IMG/VR virus record: IMGVR_UViG_2619619129_000002
Source of the DNA: a virus
Taxonomy: Duplodnaviria; Heunggongvirae; Uroviricota; Caudoviricetes
Length of the DNA stretch: 12,741 nucleotides
Direction: 5' to 3' (one strand)
Shown here: one piece after another, positions 1 to 7,905 of the stretch
Numbering within the stretch: position 1 is the stretch's first letter
Layout of the letters: each line of letters opens with the position of its first letter
Notes under the pieces: model-generated
What the model saw: the letters and a program-made list of their open reading frames with translations, nothing else
What the model was told of the DNA's origin: nothing
The model's database searches: none
Position numbers and translations under genes: made by a program

Positions 1-15
1 TAAAGAGAGGTGCCC

Positions 16-231
16 ATGAGCGGTAAGCGTTATCCCGAAGAGTTTAAAACTGAAGCAGTCAAACAGGTTATTGATCGCGGTTATTCTGTTGCCAGCGTTG
101 CAACACGTCTCGATATCACCACCCACAGCCTTTATGCCTGGATAAAGAAGTACGGTCCGGATTACTCCACTTTTTCATCAAGCCAATCCGCCCACCACTG
201 CATCATTTCTCTGCGCTTATCGAGATACTGA
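16..231 (+). pseudogene. IS3-family transposase OrfA remnant: about 50 aa of HTH-domain homology from the ATG at 16, then a divergent tail
   Basis: Translation MSGKRYPEEFKTEAVKQVIDRGYSVASVATRLDITTHSLYAWIKKYGPD matches the N-terminal HTH pattern of IS3-family OrfA proteins as I recall them. Similarity ends near nt 165 and no OrfB or inverted repeats follow. The track ORF starts at a GTG at 10; the ATG at 16 is the likelier start. Confidence 0.5.
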
Positions 232-263
232 GCGTGGTTGTAAATTCAGCTAACCCAGTGTGT

Positions 264-309
264 TGACAAAAAATTAGCGCAAGAAGACAAAAAAATCACC
301 TTGCGCTAA
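264..309 (-). terminator. sib/tI-like hairpin terminator on the leftward int transcript
   Basis: Inverted repeat ttagcgcaag (274-283) / cttgcgctaa (300-309) with a 16-nt loop, followed on the minus strand by a U-run (plus-strand A-run 264-273). It sits directly left of the attP P arm, as sib/tI does in lambda. Confidence 0.55.
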
Positions 310-545
310 TGCTCTGTTACAGGTCACTAATACCATCTAAGTGGTTGATTCATAGTGACTGGATATGTTGTGTTTTGTAGCATTATGCAGTCTATTTTTT
401 AGATTGAATCAATTATAAGCCGTTGATATTGATTGTTTTTACCGTTTCATATTCAACTTTTTTATACTAAGTTGGCATTATAAAAAAGCATTGCTTATCA
501 ATTTGTTGCAACGAACAGGTCACTATCAGTCAAAATAAAATCATT
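305..545. other. attP: attP attachment site with P arm, 15-bp core (456-470, ACTTTTTTATACTAA) and P' arm
   Basis: Core differs by one base from the lambda core GCTTTTTTATACTAA as I recall it. Arm-type CAGGTCACTA motifs lie on both sides (about 320 and about 518). The P' arm sequence is lambda-like up to the int stop. Confidence 0.85.
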
Positions 546-1614
546 ATTTGATTTCAATTTTGTCCCACTCCCTGCCTCTGTCATCACGATACTGTGATGC
601 CATGGTGTCCGACTTATGCCCGAGAAGATGTTGAGCAAACTTATCGCTTATCTGCTTCTCATAGAGTCTTGCAGACAAACTGCGCAACTCGTGAAAGGTA
701 GGCGGATCCCCTTCGAAGGAAAGACCTGATGCTTTTCGTGCGCGCATAAAATACCTTGATACTGTGCCGGATGAAAGCGGTTCGCGACGAGTAGATGCAA
801 TTATGGTTTCTCCGCCAAGAATCTCTTTGCATTTATCAAGTGTTTCCTTCATTGATATTCCGAGAGCATCAACATGCAATGCTGTTGGGATGGCAATTTT
901 TACGCCTGTTTTGCTTTGCTCGACATAAAGATATCCATCTACGATATCAGACCACTTCATTTCGCATAAATCACCAACTCGTTGCCCGGTAACAACAGCC
1001 AGTTCCATTGCAAGTCTGAGCCAACATGGTGATGATTCTGCTGCTTGATAAATTTTCAGGTATTCGTCAGCCGTAAGTCTTGATCTCCTTACCTCTGATT
1101 TTGCTGCGCGAGTGGCAGCGACAGGGTTTGTTGTTATATGGCCTTCAGCTATTGCCTCTCGGAATGCATCGCTCAGTGTTGATCTGATTAACTTGGCTGA
1201 CGCCGCCTTGCCCTCGTTTATGTATCCATTGAGCATTGCCGCAATTTCTTTTGTGGTGATGTCTTCAAGTGGAGCATCAGGCAGACCCCTCCTTATTGCT
1301 TTAATTTTGCTCATGTAATTTATGAGTGTCTTCTGTTTGATTCCTCTGCTGGCCAGGATTTTTTCGTAGCGATCAAGCCATGAATGTAACGTAACGGAAT
1401 TATCACTGTTGATTCTCGCTGTCAGAGGCTTGTGTTTGTGTCCTGAAAATAACTCAATGTTGGCCTGTATAGCTTCAGTGATTGCGATTCGCCTGTCTCT
1501 GCCTAATCCAAACTCTTTACCCGTCCTTGGGTCCCTGTAGCAGTAATATCCATTGTTTCTTATATAAAGGTTAGGGGGTAAATCCCGGCGCTCATGACTT
1601 CGCCTTCTTCCCAT
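544..1614 (-). CDS. int: Tyrosine integrase, lambda Int (356 aa)
   Basis: The 356-aa translation (MGRRRSHERRDLPPNLYIRNNGYYCYRDPRTGKEF...) is near-identical to lambda Int from memory. It is adjacent to attP and overlaps xis. Confidence 0.97.
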   Translation of the reverse strand: MGRRRSHERRDLPPNLYIRNNGYYCYRDPRTGKEFGLGRDRRIAITEAIQANIELFSGHKHKPLTARINSDNSVTLHSWLDRYEKILASRGIKQKTLINYMSKIKAIRRGLPDAPLEDITTKEIAAMLNGYINEGKAASAKLIRSTLSDAFREAIAEGHITTNPVAATRAAKSEVRRSRLTADEYLKIYQAAESSPCWLRLAMELAVVTGQRVGDLCEMKWSDIVDGYLYVEQSKTGVKIAIPTALHVDALGISMKETLDKCKEILGGETIIASTRREPLSSGTVSRYFMRARKASGLSFEGDPPTFHELRSLSARLYEKQISDKFAQHLLGHKSDTMASQYRDDRGREWDKIEIK

Positions 1615-1810
1615 TTCTGATCCTCTTCAAAAGGCTACCTGTTACTGGTCGATTTAAGTCAACCTTTACCGCTGATTCGTGGAACAGATACTCTCTTCCA
1701 TCCTTAACCGGAGGTGGGAATATCCTGCATTCCCGAACCCATCGACGAACTGTTTCAAGGCTTCTTGGACGTCGCTGGCGTGCGTTCCACTCCTGAAGTG
1801 TCAAGTACAT
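1592..1810 (-). CDS. xis: Excisionase, lambda Xis (72 aa)
   Basis: Translation MYLTLQEWNARQRRPRSLETVRRWVRECRIFPPPVKDGREYLFHESAVKVDL... matches lambda Xis. Its 3' end overlaps the int start as in lambda. Confidence 0.95.
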   Translation of the reverse strand: MYLTLQEWNARQRRPRSLETVRRWVRECRIFPPPVKDGREYLFHESAVKVDLNRPVTGSLLKRIRNGKKAKS

Positions 1811-2105
1811 CGCAAAGTCTCCGCAATTACACGCAAGAAAAAACCGCCATCAGGCGGCTTGGTGTTCTTTCAGTTCTTCAATTCGAATATTGGTTACGTC
1901 TGCATGTGCTATCTGCGCCCATATCATCCAGTGGTCGTAGCAGTCGTTGATGTTCTCCGCTTCGATAACTCTGTTGAATGGTTCTCCATTCCATTCACCT
2001 GTGACTCGGAAGTGCATTTATCATCTCCATAAAACAAAACTCGCCGTAGCGAGTTCAGATAAAAGAAATCCCCGCGAGTGCGAGGATTGTTATGTAATAT
2101 TGGGT

Positions 2106-2387
2106 TTAATCATCTATATGTTTTGTACAGAGAGGGCAAGTATCGTTTCCACCGTACTCGTGATAATAATTTTGCACGGTATCAGTCATTTCTCGCACAT
2201 TGCAGAATGGGGATTTGTCTTCATTAGACTTATAAACCTTCATGGAATATTTGTATGCCGACTCTATATCTATACCTTCATCTACATAAACACCTTCGTG
2301 ATGTCTGCATGGAGACAAGACACCGGATCTGCACAACATTGATAACGCCCAATCTTTTTGCTCAGACTCTAACTCATTGATACGCAT
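2106..2387 (-). CDS. ea8.5: Lambda Ea8.5-like early protein (93 aa)
   Basis: Length and position (first gene left of ea22, right of xis) match lambda ea8.5. The protein has Cys/His clusters (CRHHEG ... CPLCTKH). Confidence 0.8.
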   Translation of the reverse strand: MRINELESEQKDWALSMLCRSGVLSPCRHHEGVYVDEGIDIESAYKYSMKVYKSNEDKSPFCNVREMTDTVQNYYHEYGGNDTCPLCTKHIDD

Positions 2388-2578
2388 TTATAAACTCCTT
2401 GCAATGTATGTCGTTTCAGCTAAACGGTATCAGCAATGTTTATGTAAAGAAACAGTAAGATAATACTCAACCCGATGTTTGAGTACGGTCATCATCTGAC
2501 ACTACAGACTCTGGCATCGCTGTGAAGACGACGCGAAATTCAGCATTTTCACAAGCGTTATCTTTTACAAAACCGATC

Positions 2579-3127
2579 TCACTCTCCTTTGATGCAAATG
2601 CCAGCGTCAGACATCATATGCAGATACTCACCTGCATCCTGAACCCATTGACCTCCAACCCCGTAATAGCGATGCGTAGTGATGTCGATAGTTACTAACG
2701 GGTCTTGTTCGATTAACTGCCGCAGAAACTCTTCCAGGTCACCAGTGCAGTGCTTGATAACAGGAGTCTTCCCAGGATGGCGAACAACAAGAAACTGGTT
2801 TCCGTCTTCACGGACTTCGTTGCTTTCCAGTTTAGCAATACGCTTACTCCCATCCGAGATAACACCTTCGTAATACTCACGCTGCTCGTTGAGTTTTGAT
2901 TTTGCTGTTTCAAGCTCAACACGCAGTTTCCCTACTGTTAGCGCAATATCCTCGTTCTCCTGGTCGCGGCGTTTGATGTATTGCTGGTTTCTTTCCCGTT
3001 CATCCAGCAGTTCCAGCACAATCGATGGTGTTACCAATTCATGGAAAAGGTCTGCGTCAAATCCCCAGTCGTCATGCATTGCCTGCTCTGCCGCTTCACG
3101 CAGTGCCTGAGAGTTAATTTCGCTCAC
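2579..3127 (-). CDS. ea22: Lambda Ea22-like early protein (182 aa)
   Basis: The 549-nt ORF at the position of lambda ea22; translation MSEINSQALREAAEQAMHDDWGFDADLFHELVTPSIV... recognised as Ea22. Confidence 0.85.
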   Translation of the reverse strand: MSEINSQALREAAEQAMHDDWGFDADLFHELVTPSIVLELLDERERNQQYIKRRDQENEDIALTVGKLRVELETAKSKLNEQREYYEGVISDGSKRIAKLESNEVREDGNQFLVVRHPGKTPVIKHCTGDLEEFLRQLIEQDPLVTIDITTHRYYGVGGQWVQDAGEYLHMMSDAGICIKGE

Positions 3128-3345
3128 TTCGAACCTCTCTGTTTACTGATAAGTTCCAGATCCTCCTGGCAACTTGCACAAGTCCGACAACCCTGAACGA
3201 CCAGGCGTCTTCGTTCATCTATCGGATCGCCACACTCACAACAATGAGTGGCAGATATAGCCTGGTGGTTCAGGCGGCGCATTTTTATTGCTGTGTTGCG
3301 CTGTAATTCTTCAATTTCTGATGCTGAATCAATGATGTCTGCCAT
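3124..3345 (-). CDS. TraR/DksA-family C4 zinc-finger protein (lambda Orf73-like, 73 aa)
   Basis: Two CxxC pairs (CCECGDP ... CRTCASC) in a 73-aa protein, typical of TraR-like RNAP-binding proteins. Its stop overlaps the ea22 start. Confidence 0.8.
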   Translation of the reverse strand: MADIIDSASEIEELQRNTAIKMRRLNHQAISATHCCECGDPIDERRRLVVQGCRTCASCQEDLELISKQRGSK

Positions 3346-3443
3346 CTTTCATTAATCCCTGAATTGTTGGTTAATACGCTTGAGGGTGAATGCGAATAAT
3401 AAAAAAGGAGCCTGTAGCTCCATGATGATTTTGTTTTTCATGC

Positions 3444-3725
3444 TCACCGTTCCTTAAAGACGCCGTTTAACATGCCGATCGCCAGGCTTAAATGAGTCGG
3501 TGTGAATCCCATCAGCGTTACCGTTTCGCGGTGCTTCTTCAGTACGCTACGGCAAATGTCATCGACGTTTTTATCCGGAAACTGCTGTCTGGCTTTTTTG
3601 ATTTCAGAATTAGCCTGACGGGCAATGCTGCGAAGGGCGTTTTCCTGCTGAGGTGTCATTGAACAAGTCCCATGTCGGCAAGCATAAGCACACAGAATAT
3701 GAAGCCCGCTGCCAGAAAAATGCAT
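3444..3725 (-). CDS. Hypothetical small early protein in the lambda orf61 region; real start may be the internal ATG at 3659 (MTPQQ..., 71 aa)
   Basis: Minus-strand ORF co-oriented with the pL operon. Start codon uncertain: there is no strong Shine-Dalgarno sequence at either candidate. Confidence 0.45.
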   Translation of the reverse strand: MHFSGSGLHILCAYACRHGTCSMTPQQENALRSIARQANSEIKKARQQFPDKNVDDICRSVLKKHRETVTLMGFTPTHLSLAIGMLNGVFKER

Positions 3726-3735
3726 TCAGTGGTTG

Positions 3736-3927
3736 TCATACCTGGTCTCTCTCATCTGCTTCTGCTTTCGCCACCATCATTTCCAGCTTTTGTGAAAGGG
3801 ATGCGGCTAACGTATGAAATTCTTCGTCTGTTTCTACTGGTATTGGCACAAACCTGACTCCAATTTGAGCGAGGCTATGTGCCATCTCAATGCTCGTTCT
3901 TAACTCAACAGGAGATGCTTTGTGCAT
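3736..3927 (-). CDS. Lambda Orf63-like small protein (63 aa)
   Basis: The 192-nt ORF at the position and with the length of lambda orf63, co-oriented with the operon. Confidence 0.7.
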   Translation of the reverse strand: MHKASPVELRTSIEMAHSLAQIGVRFVPIPVETDEEFHTLAASLSQKLEMMVAKAEADERDQV

Positions 3928-4082
3928 ACAGCTCCCCGTTTATTATTTATCTCCTCAGCCAGCCGCTGTGCTTTCAGTGGATTTCGGGTAACAGAAAGGC
4001 CGGGAAATACCCAGCCTCGCTTTGTAACGGAGTAGACGAAAGTGATCGCACCTACCCGGATATTATCGTGAGGATGCTTCAT
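3900..4082 (-). CDS. Lambda Orf60a-like small protein (60 aa from MKHPHDN; the track ORF extends 2 codons further to 4088)
   Basis: The 183-nt ORF immediately downstream of exo in the transcript, overlapping the exo stop; length matches lambda orf60a. Confidence 0.65.
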   Translation of the reverse strand: MKHPHDNIRVGAITFVYSVTKRGWVFPGLSVTRNPLKAQRLAEEINNKRGAVCTKHLLLS

Positions 4083-4759
4083 CGCCATTGTTCCCCAAAT
4101 ACAAAACCAATTTCAGCCAGTGCCTCGTCCATTTTTTCGATGAACTCCGGCACCATCTCGTCAAAACTCGCCATGTAATTTTCATCCCGCTCAACCACGA
4201 CATAATGCAGGCCTTCACGCTTCATTCGTGGGTCATAGTTGGCAAAGTACCAGGCATCTTTTCGTGTCACCCACATGCTGTACTGCACCTGGGCCATGTA
4301 AGCCGACTTTATGGCCTCGAAACCACCGAGCCGGAACTTCATGAAATCCCGGGAGGTAAACGGGCATTTCAGCTCAAGGCCGTTGCCGTCACTGCATAAA
4401 CCATCGGGAGAGCAGGCGGTGCGCATACTTTCGTCGCGATAGATGATCGGGGATTCAGTAACATTCACGCCGGAAGTAAACTCAAACAGGGCTCTGGCGT
4501 CGTTCTCGTACTGTTTTCCCCAGGCCAGTGCTTTAGCGTTAACTTCCGGAGCCACACCGGTGCAAACCTCGGCAAGCAGGGTGTGGAAGTAGGACATTTT
4601 CATGTCAGGCCACTTCTTTCCTGAGCGGGGCTTTGCTATCACGTTGTGAACTTCTGAAGCGGTGATGACGCCGAGCCGTAATTTGTGCCATGCATCATCC
4701 CCCTGTTCGACAGCTCTCACGTCGATCCCGGTACGCTGCAGGATAATGTCCGGTGTCAT
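4079..4759 (-). CDS. exo: Lambda exonuclease (Red-alpha, 226 aa)
   Basis: Translation [65 protein letters not shown]... recognised as lambda Exo. The start overlaps the bet stop. Confidence 0.97.
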   Translation of the reverse strand: MTPDIILQRTGIDVRAVEQGDDAWHKLRLGVITASEVHNVIAKPRSGKKWPDMKMSYFHTLLAEVCTGVAPEVNAKALAWGKQYENDARALFEFTSGVNVTESPIIYRDESMRTACSPDGLCSDGNGLELKCPFTSRDFMKFRLGGFEAIKSAYMAQVQYSMWVTRKDAWYFANYDPRMKREGLHYVVVERDENYMASFDEMVPEFIEKMDEALAEIGFVFGEQWR

Positions 4760-5541
4760 GCTGCCACCTTCTGCTCAGTGGCTTTCTGTTTCAGGAATCC
4801 GAGAGCTTTCACTGCTTCGGCCTGTGTCAGTTCTGACGATGCGCGAATGTCGCGGCGAAATATCTGGGAACAGAGCGGCAATAAGTCGTCATCCCATGTT
4901 TTATCCAGGGCAATCAGCAGAGTGTTAATCTCCTGCATGGTTTCATCGTTAACCGGAGTGATGTCGCGTTCCGGCTGACGTTCTGCAGTGTATGCGGTAT
5001 TTTCGACAATGCGCTCGGCTTCATCCTTGTCATAGATACCAGCAAATCCGAAGGCCAGACGGGCACACTGAATCATGGCTTTATGACGTAACATCCGTTT
5101 GGGATGCGACTGCCACGGCCCCGTGATTTCTCTGCCTTCGCGGGTTTTGAATGGTTCGCGGCGGCATTCATCCATCCACTCGGTAACGCAGATCGGATGA
5201 TTGCGGTCCTTGCGGTAAATCCGGCATGTGCAGGATTCATTGTCCTGCTCAAAGTCCATACCATCAAACTGCTGGTTTTCATTGATGATGCGGGACCAGC
5301 CATCAACGCCCACCACCGGAACGATGCCGTTCTGCTTATCAGGGAAGGCGTAAATTTCTTTCGTCCACGGATTAAGGCCGTACTGGTTGGCGACGATCAA
5401 CAATGCGATGAACTGCGCATCGCTGGCATCACCTTTAAATGCCGTCTGGCGAAGAGTGGTGATCAGTTCCTGTGGGTCGACAGAATCCATGCCGACACGT
5501 TCAGCCAGCTTCCCTGCCAGCGTTGCGAGTGCTGTACTCAT
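4756..5541 (-). CDS. bet: Lambda Bet single-strand annealing protein (Red-beta, 261 aa)
   Basis: Translation [74 protein letters not shown]... recognised as lambda Bet. Confidence 0.97.
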   Translation of the reverse strand: MSTALATLAGKLAERVGMDSVDPQELITTLRQTAFKGDASDAQFIALLIVANQYGLNPWTKEIYAFPDKQNGIVPVVGVDGWSRIINENQQFDGMDFEQDNESCTCRIYRKDRNHPICVTEWMDECRREPFKTREGREITGPWQSHPKRMLRHKAMIQCARLAFGFAGIYDKDEAERIVENTAYTAERQPERDITPVNDETMQEINTLLIALDKTWDDDLLPLCSQIFRRDIRASSELTQAEAVKALGFLKQKATEQKVAA

Positions 5542-5546
5542 CCGTT

Positions 5547-5843
5547 TTATACCTCTGAATCAATATCAACCTGGTGGTGAGCAATGGTTTCAACCATGTA
5601 CCGGATGTGTTCTGCCATGCGCTCCTGAAACTCAACATCGTCATCAAACGCACGGGTAATGGCTTTTTTGCTGGCCCCGTGGCGTTGCAAATGATCGATG
5701 CATAGCGATTCAAACAGGTGCTGGGGCAGGCCTTTTTCCATGTCGTCTGCCAGTTCTGCCTCTTTCTCTTCACGGGCGATCTGCTGGTAGTGACGCGCCC
5801 AGCTCTGAGCCTCAAGACGATCCTGAATGTAATAAGCGTTCAT
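5547..5843 (-). CDS. gam: Gam RecBCD inhibitor, short form only (98 aa)
   Basis: Translation [21 protein letters not shown]...VDIDSEV matches lambda GamS. An in-frame TAA lies 17 codons upstream with no ATG/GTG/TTG between, so no N-terminally extended form is encoded here. Confidence 0.93.
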   Translation of the reverse strand: MNAYYIQDRLEAQSWARHYQQIAREEKEAELADDMEKGLPQHLFESLCIDHLQRHGASKKAITRAFDDDVEFQERMAEHIRYMVETIAHHQVDIDSEV

Positions 5844-5918
5844 GGCTGAACTCCTGAAAATGGCTGTGAAAATATCGCCCGCGAAATGCCAGGCTGATTA
5901 GGAAAACAGGAAAGGGGA

Positions 5919-6329
5919 TTAGTGATTGAGGCCGTTACCGCGTCCGTCGAGAAAAACTTCCACGAGCAAATCACGGGTATAAGTGCGCTCGATGCCGCGA
6001 TGCAGATAAAGCCGTCCGCGTAAATTAGCTGATGCAGTCCAGGTACCATCTTTGTGTTTGACCAGCATTCCTGGCATGACCGCACCGCGATTAACGGTCT
6101 GCGTTCCGTAATGTTGATGAACCATAAAAACTCCTGCCCGTAAGCTGGGCTGCTGAACATTTAGAGACTTCTGCGCGTATTCAGGCGGTGGATGGCCGCC
6201 GGTTGTCATAACTAAGCCGCCTCGTTGAAGCGACTGAGGTATAAAGTGTTGTGTTGATTTCAGCTGGTCACACCGACGTTCACGCGTCCGTTTCACCCCT
6301 CGCACTCCCCGAAGCCTGCTGAAATTCAA
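5919..6329 (-). CDS. Hypothetical early protein at the N position (first ORF on the predicted pL transcript); start ambiguous between TTG 6329 (136 aa), ATG 6209 (96 aa) and ATG 6125 (68 aa, best Shine-Dalgarno)
   Basis: The track ORF begins at a TTG with no Shine-Dalgarno sequence. The long form carries an arginine-rich stretch [15 protein letters not shown]. The ATG at 6125 is preceded by GCAGGAG plus 5 nt. The stop coincides with the point where lambda-like sequence resumes. Confidence 0.35.
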   Translation of the reverse strand: MNFSRLRGVRGVKRTRERRCDQLKSTQHFIPQSLQRGGLVMTTGGHPPPEYAQKSLNVQQPSLRAGVFMVHQHYGTQTVNRGAVMPGMLVKHKDGTWTASANLRGRLYLHRGIERTYTRDLLVEVFLDGRGNGLNH

Positions 6330-6340
6330 ACTGCGGATCT

Positions 6341-6392
6341 AAGCGGTCATCGCAACGGTGAAACAGGTGGTTACCGTATCGTTGTGTCGTTG
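6341..6392 (-). promoter_or_regulatory. 52-nt hairpin in the 5' leader of the predicted pL transcript
   Basis: Perfect 11-bp inverted repeat TCATCGCAACG (6341-6351) / CGTTGCGATGA (6382-6392) around a 30-nt spacer that has a central GGTTACC palindrome. It lies just downstream of the predicted pL start. Confidence 0.4.
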
Positions 6393-6394
6393 CG

Positions 6395-6465
6395 ATGAAT
6401 TTATTTAAAACTATAGTTGTTTTATCGTCAACAACAAAAGTTGTTTTATCGGTTGTTCTAAATAT
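6395..6465 (-). promoter_or_regulatory. Leftward early promoter with operators (pL/OL analogue)
   Basis: Minus strand reads gttgTTGACGataaaacaactatagttTTAAAT, almost a copy of the rightward gttgTTGACTaaaaacaaccatagtttTAATCT at 7940-7975. ACAAC/GTTGT half-sites flank and overlap the -35 (6426-6431). Confidence 0.6.
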
Positions 6466-6567
6466 AACTGGTTGTATTTAGGATGGATTTATTTTGTGAC
6501 TTGCATCGCATAGCGATAACTGAAGTGAGGTGTGGTGGTTTTTTGGACGGTATGAGTTATGAGGGGG

Positions 6568-6598
6568 AGGAAAAGAAAACCCGGCGCGGTTGCCGGGT
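6568..6598 (-). terminator. Rho-independent terminator downstream of the lipoprotein gene
   Basis: Minus-strand hairpin CCCGGC-aaccgc-GCCGGG (plus-strand 6580-6597) followed by a U-run (TTTTCTTTT), right after the lipoprotein stop at 6606. Confidence 0.65.
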
Positions 6599-6605
6599 AT
6601 GATTA

Positions 6606-6986
6606 TCAGTCAGCCCAACCTGATTTCGAGTTTATTTGGGTTTCTGACATTATGTATTTCTTAATCGTGTCATCGTTAAAAAGAATAGTAAGTTCTTTTT
6701 TCGTACCGTTCGTTCCATTATGGAATAATCCATAGAATGGAATAAAAGTGGTGCCATTAACTTTTACTTTTGCAAAGGCGTACTTCCAGATCTCGTTTCC
6801 ACTGTCAGTATATGAAACAGCATCAGGAGAACCAAAGTAAGATTTAACCTCATTCTTGGTTGTTTTACCTTCCTGAAGTTTAGACTGGACACTAATTTCA
6901 GTTTCATTTTTGAGTTGCTGGTTGCCTGAAGAAGCACACCCAGCCAATACAGATGCCATCATGGCAGCGATTAGGATTTTTCTCAT
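6606..6986 (-). CDS. Lipoprotein (126 aa), BamE/OsmE (SmpA/OmlA)-like fold suspected
   Basis: N-terminal signal peptide with lipobox LAGC (Cys17); residue +2 is Ala. Motif GKTTKNEVKSYFGSPDAVSYTDSGNEIWKYAF resembles the BamE/OsmE pattern G-x-T-x-x-[QE]-V-x(3)-[LF]-G-x-P ... W-x-Y-x-F. It sits between the repressor gene and pL, the slot rexAB occupies in lambda. Confidence 0.75.
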   Translation of the reverse strand: MRKILIAAMMASVLAGCASSGNQQLKNETEISVQSKLQEGKTTKNEVKSYFGSPDAVSYTDSGNEIWKYAFAKVKVNGTTFIPFYGLFHNGTNGTKKELTILFNDDTIKKYIMSETQINSKSGWAD

Positions 6987-7215
6987 TTTATGTTTCCATT
7001 CATTATAATCAGAAACATCTTAACATAATGATTCGAAATAAAAACCGCTACGAGATAGGGGGACATTTTGCTGACAGTAGCAACAAATCTCAGCTAACAA
7101 CGAGAATATTTACTGAAATATGCAAACAGATTTGGCGTTCTTATAGAGAATTTAGTGCAATATCTAATCCGAGTGGTATAAACCTTAACCTTCGCTCCCT
7201 TAAGTCGTAGATAAA

Positions 7216-7905
7216 TTAACCATGCTTCCTGTACGTCTGCGGCATGCTTCCAATGACCTTACCGAATATGAACACCCGGTTCATCTCGTCTTTCTCGATC
7301 GGGTCCCACGGCGAGTAGCTCTTGTTATCAGAGATAACCAGCAGCTTATCCTTCATCATTTGAAGACGTTTTACATGGGCAGTGTCGTCGTACAGAAACG
7401 CATAGATGCCATCACCGTCGAAAGATTTAACAGTGATATCAACGAACAGCAGGTCACCTGGTTCGATCGTCCCTGACATGCTGTCACCTCGCACGTTAAT
7501 GATGCGGATATTTTCCGCCTTCCTGCCATCGAACATGTGACGAGCATCGTCAAACGAGTACTCAACCGAGCGTAGAACTTCTACAAACTCACGGTTGATT
7601 ACACCTGGCCCGGCACTGACTTCTATATCAAGAACGTCAATTTTGAAGTATTTGGAATGGCTGACAGTTGATTGTATTGGTTGCACTGTACTGTCTGACA
7701 TATTTCCAACGCCAGAAGATAACCATTCTGCGCGCACACCCAAAGCGTTCGCGATCTCCACGATTTTAGTTGTTTGGTTAGCTTTCCCTGTTTCGATTTT
7801 CTGAATAGCAGCCTGGCTAACCCCGACCAAATCCCCAAGCGCCTTTTGTGTAAGGCCTCGCGCTAATCTGGCTTCTTTAAGTCTTTCTGAGAGTGTTGTT
7901 TTCAT
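7216..7905 (-). CDS. CI-like phage repressor (229 aa): N-terminal XRE-type HTH, C-terminal S24 LexA-like autopeptidase
   Basis: HTH segment LTQKALGDLVGVSQAAIQKIETGK; candidate Ala-Gly cleavage site in VSAGPG; S24 catalytic motifs GDSM (Ser) and HVKRL (Lys). Divergently transcribed from the cro-like gene. Not lambda cI by sequence. Confidence 0.9.
   Translation of the reverse strand: MKTTLSERLKEARLARGLTQKALGDLVGVSQAAIQKIETGKANQTTKIVEIANALGVRAEWLSSGVGNMSDSTVQPIQSTVSHSKYFKIDVLDIEVSAGPGVINREFVEVLRSVEYSFDDARHMFDGRKAENIRIINVRGDSMSGTIEPGDLLFVDITVKSFDGDGIYAFLYDDTAHVKRLQMMKDKLLVISDNKSYSPWDPIEKDEMNRVFIFGKVIGSMPQTYRKHG

Noticed and set aside
1-545. Prophage attL or attR junction with host DNA
   Set aside because: Both P and P' arms are present around the core, so this is attP; no bacterial attB half-site is evident.
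795-1318. Plus-strand ORFs 795-992 and 1112-1318 inside the int gene
   Set aside because: Antisense to a strongly supported, lambda-identical int; no Shine-Dalgarno sequences; typical spurious frames.
1679-2342. Plus-strand ORFs 1679-2032, 1714-1950 and 1947-2342 over the xis and ea8.5 region
   Set aside because: They overlap xis and ea8.5 on the opposite strand and run against the direction of the whole pL operon; no translation signals; low-complexity translations.
4088-5659. Plus-strand ORFs overlapping exo and bet (4088-4399, 4662-4978, 5104-5580, 5387-5659) and minus-strand 5073-5306
   Set aside because: Alternative frames within recognised exo/bet coding sequence; no independent support.
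5840-6160. Minus-strand 106-aa ORF overlapping the gam start and the N-position ORF
   Set aside because: It is in a different frame from both gam and the 5919-6329 ORF and overlaps the gam ATG; the translation is low-complexity, with no Shine-Dalgarno sequence seen.
6953-7210. Plus-strand 85-aa ORF in the AT-rich spacer between the lipoprotein and repressor genes
   Set aside because: Opposite to both flanking genes, AT-rich with Lys/Asn/Ile-rich translation, no Shine-Dalgarno sequence. The spacer is better explained as promoter or regulatory DNA for the lipoprotein gene.
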